Assembly (NCBI GenBank): GCA_963730515.1
Contig: CAVSSA010000012.1
Span: 111,797 to 175,796, forward strand
Length of the DNA: 64,000 bases
Direction: 5' to 3'
Origin: an uncultured Acidobacteriota bacterium
GTDB lineage: Bacteria > Acidobacteriota > Terriglobia > UBA7540
Positions 1 to 10,615 of the stretch are shown piece by piece (within the stretch, counting starts at the first letter, position 1; every line of letters begins with the position of its first letter). A model generated the notes under the pieces. It saw nothing but the letters and a program-made list of their open reading frames with translations. It searched no databases and was not told where the DNA came from. Position numbers and translations under genes: made by a program.

Positions 1-102
1 AACTCTCACAGATTTGTCCCGCACCCTGCCTCACAAGGTGGTTTATCTTCAGGGGGTCGGGCGGCGCGCCTTCTGTTTGGCCTCGCGTGGTATATTCGAC
101 CG

Positions 103-1326
103 ATGTCTTCCGCCGCCCCCGCCCATTCTACAAATTTGTTCGGCCACCAGCCCTTCCTGCTCTTTTTTTGGGCGCGAAGCTTTTCCGAATTCTCCCAGCA
201 GATCGCCACCGTGGCCATCGGCTGGCAGGTCTATGCGCTCACCAACAGCGCGTTCGCCCTCGGCATGGTAGGATTGGTGCAGTTCCTTCCCTCGGCGCTT
301 CTGGTTTTCGCCGCGGGACACGCCGCGGACCGCTACGAGCGCAAGCGGGTGGTGCAGGTTTGCCAGACTGTCGAAGGGTTGGCTGCGGCGCTTCTAGCGT
401 GGGGCAACTTGACAGGAGGGCTGAACGCGGCGGAGATTTTCGCTGCCCTGGCAGTGTTCGGCACGGCGACGGCATTTGAGAGCCCGGCGCAGGCGGCATT
501 GTTGCCTGGCGTGACCCCGGAGGGGATGCTGCAAAAGGGCACGGCGCTATCTTCGGCGGGGTTTCAGGTGGCGGTAATCAGCGGTCCGGCGCTCGGCGGC
601 TTGGCTTACGCGGTGGCGCCCGCCGTGCCTTACGCGTTGATGGCGGTTTTCTGGCTCCTGGCGGGAATGCTGAGCGGGGCGATCCGGCTCGACCGGCCGG
701 TGACCGATGAAGAACCGCCGACGCTGTCTGACGTGTTCGCGGGCGTGGGATTCGTACGCCGCAATCCGGCCATCCTGGGAACCATTTCGCTGGATCTGTT
801 CGCCGTCTTGTTGGGAGGGGCGACGGCGCTGATGCCCATCTATGCCCGCGACATCCTGCATACGGGGCCCTGGGGACTGGGGGTGCTGCGCGCCGCGCCG
901 GCGGTCGGCGCGTTGCTGATGACCGCGGTGCTGGCCCGCCACGCCCTCCGCCGGCGCGTCGGCGTGCGCATGTTCCAGGCGGTCATCATCTTCGGCCTGG
1001 CGACGGTGGGGTTTGCCCTTTCCCGTTTGATCTGGTTTTCACTTCTGGCGCTCGTGATGATGGGCGCGGCGGACATGGTGAGCGTGGTGATCCGCGTTTC
1101 CCTGGTGCAACTGGGCACGCCCGACTCGATGCGCGGCCGCGTGGGCGCGGTGAATTACCTGTTCGTCAACGCCTCCAATCAACTCGGCCAATTCGAGAGC
1201 GGCATCACCGCGGCCTTGTTTGGGGCTATGCCGGCAGCCGTGCTGGGCGGGCTGGGGACCATCCTCGTGGCGCTCCTGTGGATGAAATTATTTCCAGCCC
1301 TGCGGCATGTGGAGCGGCTCGAATAG
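103..1326 (+). CDS. MFS transporter (MFS_3 / EntS-like family)
   Basis: 407-aa ORF that is hydrophobic throughout. The N-terminal FLLFFWARSFSEFSQQIATVAIGWQVY and loop AAGHAADRYERKRV are typical of the MFS_3 (DUF894/enterobactin-exporter-like) family. Confidence 0.8.
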   Translation: MSSAAPAHSTNLFGHQPFLLFFWARSFSEFSQQIATVAIGWQVYALTNSAFALGMVGLVQFLPSALLVFAAGHAADRYERKRVVQVCQTVEGLAAALLAWGNLTGGLNAAEIFAALAVFGTATAFESPAQAALLPGVTPEGMLQKGTALSSAGFQVAVISGPALGGLAYAVAPAVPYALMAVFWLLAGMLSGAIRLDRPVTDEEPPTLSDVFAGVGFVRRNPAILGTISLDLFAVLLGGATALMPIYARDILHTGPWGLGVLRAAPAVGALLMTAVLARHALRRRVGVRMFQAVIIFGLATVGFALSRLIWFSLLALVMMGAADMVSVVIRVSLVQLGTPDSMRGRVGAVNYLFVNASNQLGQFESGITAALFGAMPAAVLGGLGTILVALLWMKLFPALRHVERLE

Positions 1327-1352
1327 GCAAGAGGGCGCCCACCCACGCTTCA

Positions 1353-4102
1353 TCAGCGATACTGCGCTTCGTTTTCCAGCAGCTTGCGGATGTTCGGTTT
1401 CATGCTTCCGGGCGGCAGGGCCGGCAGCAGCGCCAATCCTTCCCGGGCGGTCGAGCGGCTCTTCTCCATCTGACCGGCGGCCCGATAGGCCTGGGCGAGG
1501 GTGAGCAGCAAGGAGGGCTTTTTCCCGTGGCTCAGAGCCACCGCGCGCCCGGCGCAGACAATGGCAAATCCGGGGTCGCGGAGCGAGGCCGGATCCACTT
1601 TCAGGAAGGCATTCGCGGCTTGGTCGAGAATCATGGGGGAAGCCTGATCCTTGCCGGCGATCTCCCGCAGGGTGGCCAGGCCTTTTTGGGCAAGCGCCCC
1701 GGAGTCTCCAGAACTATGCAGGACGGATTGAATGGCGCTCAGACGGACTTGCACGTCGGCCAGAACCGCCTTCCAGTTCTCATCGGAGGGGTCTTGTTGC
1801 AGCATCCTTTCGAAGATACCGGCCACCTGATTCAATAGCTTCTCCGTCGCAGACAGGTTCCGGCGCCGGTCGCCGGATGCGAGGGCCAAGATGGGATTGG
1901 CCGCGTCTTCAAACCCTCTCGCCTCGTCATCCAGCACCACCTCCAGGTCGGCAAGGGCGCGCAAGTCCTGCGGGTCTGCGGTCACCAGGCGCTGGCTTAT
2001 GGCCGTAACTTCCGCAAAGAGCGCATTGGCCCTGGTGTATTCCCCCAACTGAACCAGGGCATTGGCCTCCTTGCGAAGTATCATGGCGCGCATCCGCAAG
2101 GTGGGCAGGCCGCTCTGTTCCGGCGTGGGCAGGGCATCGGCGCGCTCGAGCGCAATCTCGAAGTCTTTGAGCGCCTGAGCTGGATCGGCGTCCATTTCGA
2201 CACTACCGATCTTCATCTGCGAGATGGCGAGTCCCCGCTGGGCGCGCAGCACATGGGGATCAATGGCGAGGACGCGATCATCCAGGGCGATGGACTGGCG
2301 GAAGGCGGCAAGCGCCCCGGCCAGATCGGCGAGGCTGGCGGTGCCGGTCTGGCCCAACTCGTCGCCCAGGGTTCCGTAAGCGGAACTGGTGTCGCAAATC
2401 AGGCTGACCGGGGCATCCGGAGGGGCTATCAGACGGTTATAGGTTTCGACGGCGGCGCGCATGGAAGCGATGGCGTCCTGCGTCCTGGCCGTTCCAAACA
2501 GAATTTCGCTGCGGGAGGCCTGCGCCAGGGCGAGGGCCCGAAGCGCATCTTGGTCCCTGGACCCGGGCCCGGCAAGCGGCTCGGCGATGGCCAGCGCTTT
2601 GCCCAGGCTCAGAAGCGCCCCGGCGGGGTCGCCGAGATTCTGGTCGTAGGGATTGCCCTGAATGTTTCCCAGGCGAGTATACGCATCCACCAGATCGAGT
2701 TGGGTCTGGCGGTCTCCCCGCGCGTCGCCGGCCATGCGGTCCAGGTGTTCGAGCACGCGCGTCACCAGCAGTTTCTGTACGCCCGTGGAGCCGGGCAGTT
2801 GTTTGATGGCGTCGTCCAGTTCGGAGAGCAGGCTGTTGCTCAACTGGCGCAGGTCCGAGGAGCGCGCCTCGGCCCGGCGCCGCTCGGCATTGGCCACGCG
2901 GGCCTGCCACAACACCCCGGCAACGCCCCCCACCAGAGAGATTCCCAGCAGGACCGCGGCCGCCAGGCTGAACCAGCGGCGGCGGATGAACTTGCCGGCT
3001 CGATAGCGAAGCGTGCCGCGCCGCGCCGCCACCGGCAATCCATCCAGAAAGGCGCGAAGGTCAGAGGTGAGTTGCTCGGTGGTGCGATAACGCTCTCGGG
3101 GTTCCTTGCGGAGAGCCTTCAGCAGGATCGCTTCCAGATCGGCATCCAGCCGCTCGCCCGAATTCACGGCGTGCGCGGCAGGCGGGGGGGTTCTTCGCAG
3201 ATCACGCGCAGCATTTCGGCGGTGGTCAATTCCTTAAGTTCGTAGGGCAGCGATCCGGTCAGCAGAAGGTACAACAGCACGCCGAGTGAATAGGTGTCCG
3301 ATGCAGTGGTAATGGGATTGCCCAGCACCTGTTCGGGGCTTGCATACTGCGGAGTAAACGACTGATATCCCTGGCGGGTCAGTTTGCTGTCGGGTCCGGC
3401 CAGAGACGGAGAGAGCAGCTTGGCGGTGCCAAAATCCAGCAACCGGGGAGTGCCGTCTTCGGCCATCAGGATGTTATCCGGCTTCAAGTCGCGGTGGACG
3501 ATGAAGTGCTGGTGGGCAAACTGCACGGCTTCGCAAACCCGCATGAACAGCGCAATCCGTTGGGCCTCGGAAAGACGCTGCAGTTCACAGAAGCGCTGGA
3601 TGGAAACTCCATCCACATACTCCATGACCAGATACAGGTCGCCCTCGGCAGTGACGCCGCCATCCAGCAGGCGGGCAATATACGGATGCTGCAACTCCGC
3701 CAGAATCTGCCGTTCCTGGCGGAACCTCTCCCGGAACAGCTCGGTGGCCAGCGGCAGGTCAATGAGTTTGATGGCCACCTTCTGGTCAAACTGCCCGTCA
3801 GCGCGATGGGCCAGATAGACCGCGCCCATGCCGCCGCGTCCCAGCAGGCGGTCAAGTTCATAAGACCCGACCCGCTGGCGAGCCGGAAGATTTTCCTGGC
3901 CAGCGCCCGGCTCGAGGCGGCGGGATGCCGTGAGCTGCTCTTCCTCCGCGCAAGCCGTGAGCAGCGACCACACCTCGGCGGCAAGTTCCCGGTCCCCGTG
4001 GCACTCGGTCTCAATGTATTCGGTCCGCGCCGCATCGGGAGCCGCGAGAGCCTGGTGGAAGATCGCCTCTACCCGTAGAAACCATTCCGTCGTTTGGTCC
4101 AT
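1353..4102 (-). pseudogene. Ser/Thr protein kinase (kinase domain, one TM helix, about 450-aa TPR-like C-terminal region) split into two ORFs by a 1-nt frameshift
   Basis: ORF 3164..4102 carries the Hanks kinase motifs GRGGMGAVY, VAIK, HRDLKPDNIL, DFG and SPEQ. ORF 1353..3167 continues with kinase subdomain XI (LEAILLKALRKEPRERY), then the TM segment WFSLAAAVLLGISLVGGVAGVLW. The two frames rejoin if the G7 run at 3184-3190 (C7 on the coding strand) gains one base. Confidence 0.8.
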
Positions 4103-4274
4103 TTGAGCGACAGTCCCGTCTATCGTTTGTCCCGCTCAATAGGAGACTGCGTGGAGCGGGCCCAAAGTGAATCACCGCTCCATTGAATCCGCGACGATGT
4201 CCGGGGGATGCGCCGGCACCGACTGCCTTTTGTGAAAGTCCCGTCGCGATCGATGATGGACTGGAATTCCTGCA

Positions 4275-4859
4275 TCAGGCCACTTTTCCTTTGATGTTCC
4301 GGTGAATGCGCCGGTAGAGCCAGCTTTTGGTGAATTTCAGGTCGCGATCGACGGTGGCCTTCGACACCTGCATCAAGGAAGCTGTTTCCTCGGCCGTGCA
4401 GCCAAGAAAGTACCGCAATTCGACAAGTTGGACCTTGTAGGGATCAAGCGCGCCGAGTTCGTCCAGCGCCAGGTTCAAATCCAGCAGTTCCGGGCTGCCG
4501 ATATTGACCCACAGAAGGTCATCGCTGAGCGGGATGCGATCATAGCCGCCGCCCCGCATCTGTGCCTGGGCCTGGCGCGCATGGTCGATCAGGATCATGC
4601 GCATGACCTTGGCGGCAAAGGTGTAGAAATGCTGGCGGTCATCCCACGCCGCCTTTTTCTGGTTCAGCAGGCGGAGATAGAGCTCATGCACCAGGGCCGT
4701 CGCCTGAAGAACGTCGGGATTGCGCTCCCGGCGAACGTAGGCCGCGGCCACTTCACGAAGGTGGGGGTAGACGAGCGGCATCAGGTCCTTGAAGGCCGAT
4801 GCGTCGCCGTCCTTCCACTTGGCCAGGAGTAAGGTAATTTCTCCCTTGGCGGGCTGCAC
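4275..4859 (-). CDS. ECF-type RNA polymerase sigma factor, TIGR02999-like (STK-associated class)
   Basis: 194 aa. The N-terminus ITLLLAKWKDGDASAFKDLMPLVYPHLREVAAAY and LQATALVHELYLRL match the TIGR02999 signature. The region-4 HTH is LRYFLGCTAEETASLMQVSKATVDRDL. It sits directly upstream of the kinase on the same strand. Confidence 0.8.
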   Translation of the reverse strand: MQPAKGEITLLLAKWKDGDASAFKDLMPLVYPHLREVAAAYVRRERNPDVLQATALVHELYLRLLNQKKAAWDDRQHFYTFAAKVMRMILIDHARQAQAQMRGGGYDRIPLSDDLLWVNIGSPELLDLNLALDELGALDPYKVQLVELRYFLGCTAEETASLMQVSKATVDRDLKFTKSWLYRRIHRNIKGKVA

Positions 4860-5182
4860 AATCGCCTCCGCGCGTGGTGCATCTGAAACGCTTCGCCCGC
4901 CAGCCTATCACTTTTTCCTCTGTTTTCCTACCATTAGGATAAGGCGCTGGTGTCCTAATTTGACCAGCCCGCCGCCCGGCGGCCACGAGCATTGTAGCGC
5001 TGACCTTGCGGTCGGCACATGCAGGCTCAAGCCGCTACACTCAAAATAGGACACTACCGACAAGACCTTGCCCGCCGGCGATTTCGCTTTCGCAGAAAAT
5101 TTGATGCATTTCACTTCTACTTTGCGCTGTCTGATTGAAGCGGCAAAGAAAATCCGGCCCTGCGGATGCGAAGGAGACCCCG

Positions 5183-8100
5183 ATGTTAAACGAAGCGAAG
5201 CGAGTCCTTTATTTGATGAGAGCCGTGTCGATGCGACGCGGCCTGCGCTCTAATGCCTGCATTTTGGGAATCAGCCTCAGCCTGCTGATGGTGATGGCGG
5301 GCTGTCAATCCCCATCAAGAGTCGCGATCATTCCGCCGGCGGCGGTGGTCACGATTACCAGCCCCACGGCCTCCCAGACCGTGCCGGTGAATGGAACCCT
5401 GGCGGTTACCGCCGCGGTGACCAACGCTTCCAGCTCGTCCATAAACTGGACTGTCAACGGCGTGGCCAATGGCAACGCCACAGTCGGCACCATCACCGGC
5501 TCGGGCGGGAGCATAACTTACACCGCCCCCGCTGCCGTGCCCTACCCGGCCACGGTGACCATTACGGCGGCCACCTCGGCGGACAGTTCGGCTTCGCTGC
5601 TGGTTACCATTTCGCCGGGAGTTGTGGTTTCCATTGTGAGCCCCATCAACTTGAAGCAGGACTTGCTGCTGAACGCCACCTTGCCCATTACCGCCGGCGT
5701 TACGGGCACCTCCAACACCGCCGTCAACTGGAGTGTGAACGGCGTTGCGGGCGGCAACTCGACCTTCGGAACGGTTTCGGGCACGGGCTTGTCGGTGACT
5801 TACACCGCGCCCTCCGCCATCCCCACGCCGGACACGTTCGCCATTACGGTGACCAGCCAGGCGGATTCCACCAAGTCGGCTTCCGTGCAAGTCACCATCG
5901 GATTTGCCATCACCACCACCTCCGTCCCCAACGGGATCGTGGGGACGCCTTACAGCCAGACCATCGGGGTGGTGGGAGGCACGTCGCCCTACGCCTTTAG
6001 TCTTGCCCCCAACTCCGGCCCGCTGCCTCCCCCCCTGACCATCAATCCCACCACGGGCGTGATCAGCGGCACACCTACCACCGCCGGGACGTACCCCTTT
6101 ACCGTGCAGGTGAAGGACAGCAGCAGCCCGCAGTTGGTCATGACACAAGCTCTGAGCATCACGATTTACACGGAGTTGAGCTTCCCGGCCCCAGCGGTGC
6201 CCAACGGGGTGGTAGGCACGCCTTACACCATTTCGCTCGGGGTGAGCGGTGGTACGGCGTCTTACAACTGGAGCATCAGCGCCGGCGCCCTGCCCAGTTG
6301 CTTGTCACTGGCGAGTGCCACCACCACGAGCGGAACGAATTCCATTTCCGGAACTCCCGTCACCGGCTGCGTGGGCGCTTTCAGCTTCACAGTGAAGGTG
6401 ACGGACTCCAGCGTTCCCGCCCAAGTCCAGACCCAGGCCCTGAGTGGGACGATCTACGCGGGATTGACGTTCCTGACGACGTCGCTCCCCAACGATGTGG
6501 TGGGAACGCCCTACAGCCAGGCAGTAACGGTGGCGGGCGGCACAGGGCCTTACACCTGGAGCGTCAGCGCGGGGGCCCTGCCCACCTGCCTGTCCCTGGC
6601 CAGCTTGACCACCACGAGTGGAACCAATACGCTGGCCGGAACTCCCGTGAACGGATGCGCGGGCCTCGCCAGCTTCACCCTGAAGGTTGTCGATTCCAGC
6701 AGCCCGCAGCAGTCCAAGACGCAAGCTTTCAGCTTTAACATTTACACGGCGTTGGCCTTCCCCGTGGTGACGCTGCCCGGTGGAGCGGTGGGCACGGCCT
6801 ATAGTGGCACACTGAGCGTGAGCGGCGGGACGGAGCCCTACATCTGGAGCATTAGTTCCGGCGCGCTGCCTGCTTGCTTGTCCATCGCCAGCGCCAGCAC
6901 CACGACCGGAGCCAATTCCATCATCGGCAGCCCCGTGACCGCCTGCGCGGGCAACTTCAGCTTCACCGTGAAGGTGACGGATTCAAGCTCTCCCGCCCAG
7001 GTCAGCATCCAGCCCATGAGTGTTACCATCCTGGGCATTACCACCACCACCTTGCCGGCCGCCTCCCTGGGGGTAGCGTATAACCAGACGCTTGCCGCCG
7101 TGGGCGGTTCCGGGTCTTACACCTGGAGCGTCAGCGCCGGCACTTTCCCAGCGTCCACTTGCCTGGCACTCGCCGCCTCGACGGGAGCAATTACAGGAAC
7201 ACCCGTGTCCGGCTGCTCGAATACTTACACCTTCACGGTGCAGGTGAAGGACACCAGCACGCCACAACTCGTCACCACTCAGGCGCTCAGCCTGACCATT
7301 AATACGGTGGGGGTCTCCATTTCCAGCCCAACCAACCTGACCCAAAGCGTGACGGCGAATGGAACCCTAGGCATTACGGCCTCGGTGACGGGAACCACTG
7401 ACACGGCCGTTACCTGGACCGTGAATAGCATCGCGAATGGCAACACAACCTTCGGGACGATTACGGGGACGGGGTTGTCCGTGATTTATAATGCGCCCGC
7501 CACCATACCGTCACCGGCCACGTTCAACGTAACCGTCACCAGCACGGCGGATAACACCAAGTCCGCCTCGGTGAGTATCACGATTACGGCTCCCGTGATC
7601 ACGGTCACCATCACCAGTCCCACCAGCCTGACCCAGAATGTGGCGGTGAACGGAACTCTGGCGATTACGGCCGCGGTGGCGAACACCTCGAATAGCGCCG
7701 TCACCTGGACCGTGAACGGCGTCACCAACGGCAACTCCACTTACGGGACCATCGTGGGTACGGGCTTGTCGGTAACTTACGACGCGCCGGCCGCCGTCCC
7801 GTCGCCCGCCACCTTCAACGTTACGGCCACCAGCGCGGCGGACACCAGCAAGTCGGCTTCGGTCAGCGTCACCATCACGTCGGCCACCGCGGCTTGCTCG
7901 GATTCGGGGAGCGAGTCGCTCCTCAAGGGGCAATACGCCTTCGTCCTGAGCGGATTTAGCGATTCGGGTTTCCTGGCTGCGGTCGGTTCCTTCACGGCCG
8001 ATGGCGCTGGTAAGATTACCGCCGGCATACTTGATAGCAATGGCGCCCTCGTCCAAACCGGGGCCAGCATCGATCCCACTCGGAGTTCCTACTCGGTGGG

Positions 8101-9349
8101 CGCGAACCACCTGGGCTGCGCCACCATCGTCACGAGCGCGGGCACCTTCACCACCAGGCTCTCCGTCGGCGGGATCACGTCAGGTGTAGCGACCCAAGGC
8201 CGAGTGGTCGAGTGGGATACTACCTCCGGCAGCAACTATCTCAGCGCAGTGGGCCAAATTCGGCAACAGACCGTTCCCACCAACGTGCCCAGCGGCAATT
8301 TTGTGTACGAGAACACTGGCGTTTACGGAACAAATCAATACCGCACCGGCGTTCTGGGGATGGTAACCATTGCGCCCGGTACCAGCGGCGGTACCATCAC
8401 CTACGGCGAATATGACGTCAACGTGGAGGGAGTCATCAACGACGGTAATGGTTTATCCACACCCTACACCGGCGTTACCGGCTCCTACACCGCCCCCGAC
8501 CCCACCACCGGCCGGTTTACCACCACGGCAACGCTCAACAGCAATACCAACCATCAAGTGGGCTACCTCGTGTCCAGTTCGCAGTTCCTGGAAATGGGGA
8601 CGGATGCGCTATCCAGTACAACTGCGGTTCTGGTCGGTGGGGCGCAATTCCAGAGCGGATCCGCGTCCTTCACCACGGGCAGCAATCTCGTCTATTATGC
8701 GACGGGGACGGAGAGCGCCGAGCTGGGAATCATCAACGTCACGGGATCCACCAGCTATACGGCCACCTATTACGAGGACGTCTTCGGTTCGGCGGAAACT
8801 CCTCAAACTCCGGCCTGCACCACCCAAACCGACACCTATGGGCGGGTGGTAGCCAGCGGCTCCACTTGCACCATGTATCTAACTACCTATAAAACAATGT
8901 ACCCTCCTGTCTTCTACCTCAGCGGCCCGAACACCGGCTTCATGCTCGGAACGGGCGCGGGTGTTTATGCTGGGCAGGTGGACCCGCAGGTGGTTCCCAG
9001 TGGCGGTTTCTCCGCCTCCTCTATCTCAGGCGTTTTTTATGACGGCGATACTGAGGTGGTCAGCGAAGAAGTCGCAGCCGACGATATGATAGACGTAGAG
9101 GCGCTAACGTTCGACGGTAGCGGGGGCGTCGACATTATCGGTGATTATACTGGCGCCGCCGGATCCGTAGTCACCCAGAACGCCGATGTGACCAATAACA
9201 CCACACTTGGAACGGTGAATTCCAATGGCACCTTCACCACCAACACTAGCTACCCGGGGATCAACGCCATCATGATCTCCACTACCAAGATCGTGAATAT
9301 CGACAATTCCACAAATGCTTACCCCATCATTCAGGTGATCAAGCAATAG
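5183..9349 (+). CDS. Large surface lipoprotein: 2 Big-like repeats, 5 He_PIG (putative Ig) repeats, 2 Big-like repeats, then a C-terminal domain of about 480 aa with unknown fold
   Basis: Start chosen at the ATG at 5183, 6 nt after the AAGGAG Shine-Dalgarno. Lipobox LMVMAG-C. He_PIG signature LPNG.VGTPY...GGT.PY.WS...G.LP...SGTP repeated five times. The track ORF starts at 5135. Confidence 0.8.
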   Translation: MLNEAKRVLYLMRAVSMRRGLRSNACILGISLSLLMVMAGCQSPSRVAIIPPAAVVTITSPTASQTVPVNGTLAVTAAVTNASSSSINWTVNGVANGNATVGTITGSGGSITYTAPAAVPYPATVTITAATSADSSASLLVTISPGVVVSIVSPINLKQDLLLNATLPITAGVTGTSNTAVNWSVNGVAGGNSTFGTVSGTGLSVTYTAPSAIPTPDTFAITVTSQADSTKSASVQVTIGFAITTTSVPNGIVGTPYSQTIGVVGGTSPYAFSLAPNSGPLPPPLTINPTTGVISGTPTTAGTYPFTVQVKDSSSPQLVMTQALSITIYTELSFPAPAVPNGVVGTPYTISLGVSGGTASYNWSISAGALPSCLSLASATTTSGTNSISGTPVTGCVGAFSFTVKVTDSSVPAQVQTQALSGTIYAGLTFLTTSLPNDVVGTPYSQAVTVAGGTGPYTWSVSAGALPTCLSLASLTTTSGTNTLAGTPVNGCAGLASFTLKVVDSSSPQQSKTQAFSFNIYTALAFPVVTLPGGAVGTAYSGTLSVSGGTEPYIWSISSGALPACLSIASASTTTGANSIIGSPVTACAGNFSFTVKVTDSSSPAQVSIQPMSVTILGITTTTLPAASLGVAYNQTLAAVGGSGSYTWSVSAGTFPASTCLALAASTGAITGTPVSGCSNTYTFTVQVKDTSTPQLVTTQALSLTINTVGVSISSPTNLTQSVTANGTLGITASVTGTTDTAVTWTVNSIANGNTTFGTITGTGLSVIYNAPATIPSPATFNVTVTSTADNTKSASVSITITAPVITVTITSPTSLTQNVAVNGTLAITAAVANTSNSAVTWTVNGVTNGNSTYGTIVGTGLSVTYDAPAAVPSPATFNVTATSAADTSKSASVSVTITSATAACSDSGSESLLKGQYAFVLSGFSDSGFLAAVGSFTADGAGKITAGILDSNGALVQTGASIDPTRSSYSVGANHLGCATIVTSAGTFTTRLSVGGITSGVATQGRVVEWDTTSGSNYLSAVGQIRQQTVPTNVPSGNFVYENTGVYGTNQYRTGVLGMVTIAPGTSGGTITYGEYDVNVEGVINDGNGLSTPYTGVTGSYTAPDPTTGRFTTTATLNSNTNHQVGYLVSSSQFLEMGTDALSSTTAVLVGGAQFQSGSASFTTGSNLVYYATGTESAELGIINVTGSTSYTATYYEDVFGSAETPQTPACTTQTDTYGRVVASGSTCTMYLTTYKTMYPPVFYLSGPNTGFMLGTGAGVYAGQVDPQVVPSGGFSASSISGVFYDGDTEVVSEEVAADDMIDVEALTFDGSGGVDIIGDYTGAAGSVVTQNADVTNNTTLGTVNSNGTFTTNTSYPGINAIMISTTKIVNIDNSTNAYPIIQVIKQ

Positions 9350-9368
9350 GCGTTCACTTCACGGAAAA

Positions 9369-9409
9369 GGGCCTTGTCCGTCCGCCGACGGACAAGGCCC
9401 TCCCTTTTT
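9369..9409 (+). terminator. Rho-independent terminator after the lipoprotein gene
   Basis: Perfect 14-bp stem GGGCCTTGTCCGTC / GACGGACAAGGCCC (9369-9382 / 9387-9400), 4-nt loop, followed by TCCCTTTTT. Confidence 0.75.
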
Positions 9410-10615
9410 GCACCGCAATGCTGCTCTTCCTTCCCCGCCTGCGGTCGCAATCCGAGAGTATCACCCGATGCCAACCGTAAGGTCAGCGCTGCCATGGCCT
9501 GCCATGGCCACCTCGGGTTGCGGGAGTCCGACGGTCCGATCCGAAGCGGACCTGAAATTGAACCTGGCCATGCCAACCATGGGCGGAACCGCGATGGATC
9601 GGGGCAGGCTGCCCGCACCGCAGATGTGTCGCGCCCCACCAGGACATTTTGCCTCTTGACATCGTGGGTCTTTTAGTATAGGCTAGAATTGCGATGAAAG
9701 GCTGGCGCAACACCGCCCCCACGACATGCCTCCTCCCCAAGCCGCCGAGCCCTTCTGCACCATGCAAAGAGATGTTAAAAATGAAGATCGACCCGACTAT
9801 GTCTATGAAAACACGTGCGAAGAGGTTAAAATGTCGTCTCGATATGCACAATTTTTGGCGAAAATGCACCGATATTGCATTTTTAAGACCCATCGGGGCG
9901 GCATTTGCGCACGAGTGAACCCAATAAGAGGCTCTGGGATCTTATCACACCGGTGCTTGGCGCGACGTCCCTCCTGAATCAAGAGGGAAGTCAGGAGGCT
10001 CAAGAGAAAGGAAAGTGGCGAGCGGGAAAAAGCAGAGTGCGAAGTCCGGTGTCCGAGGGACGAAGTCGAGGAGGTCAGTCAGTAGGGGAAATGATCAAAA
10101 ACGTGTTCTGCCATTATATAATAGAAACTAAAGGGGATAGTATTTTCTGCTCGAAATGTCATAAATCAATATCTTACTCAAAAAGCAAGAGTTAAGGGGA
10201 ATTCTGGGGCAACGAGAAAAAACGGGAAGCGGGACCTTGCCACTATATGCCAGAAAATGAAGGTGTTAGTTGTAAAAATTGGAAAATCTCCAAATTTCTA
10301 TCTAATTGAAAACAATATTGTTATTCGACATCTACGGAATGCGATCACGAAAAAGGGGGGATTAAAAAATGGGGCAAATTTTATGCAACTTATTGAAAAC
10401 ACATGTAGAAAAAATGTCTATTTTTTGCCTCGCCATTATGTTCATGAAAATAAACTAGTTATAAGCTGCTTGCCATTATGCTGCTGAAAATAAAGGGAGT
10501 TGTCGAAAAGGGAGGTCCTGCGCCACGAGCGACCATGGAGAGGAGAGGGCAGCGTGGATGATGGGAAAACGGGCAGCTCCGATTGACAATCCCCCGCGTG
10601 ACACACTTCCCCGTA

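Noticed and set aside
9483-9893. 136-aa minus-strand ORF spanning the GC-rich/AT-rich boundary.
   Set aside because: It shows no motifs, its composition switches mid-ORF following the DNA composition, and it has no ribosome-binding site.
10257-10487. 76-aa ORF inside the AT-rich island.
   Set aside because: It has no Shine-Dalgarno and no recognisable motif. Its Lys/Asn/Ile-rich composition simply mirrors the AT content. I kept it only as part of the island finding.
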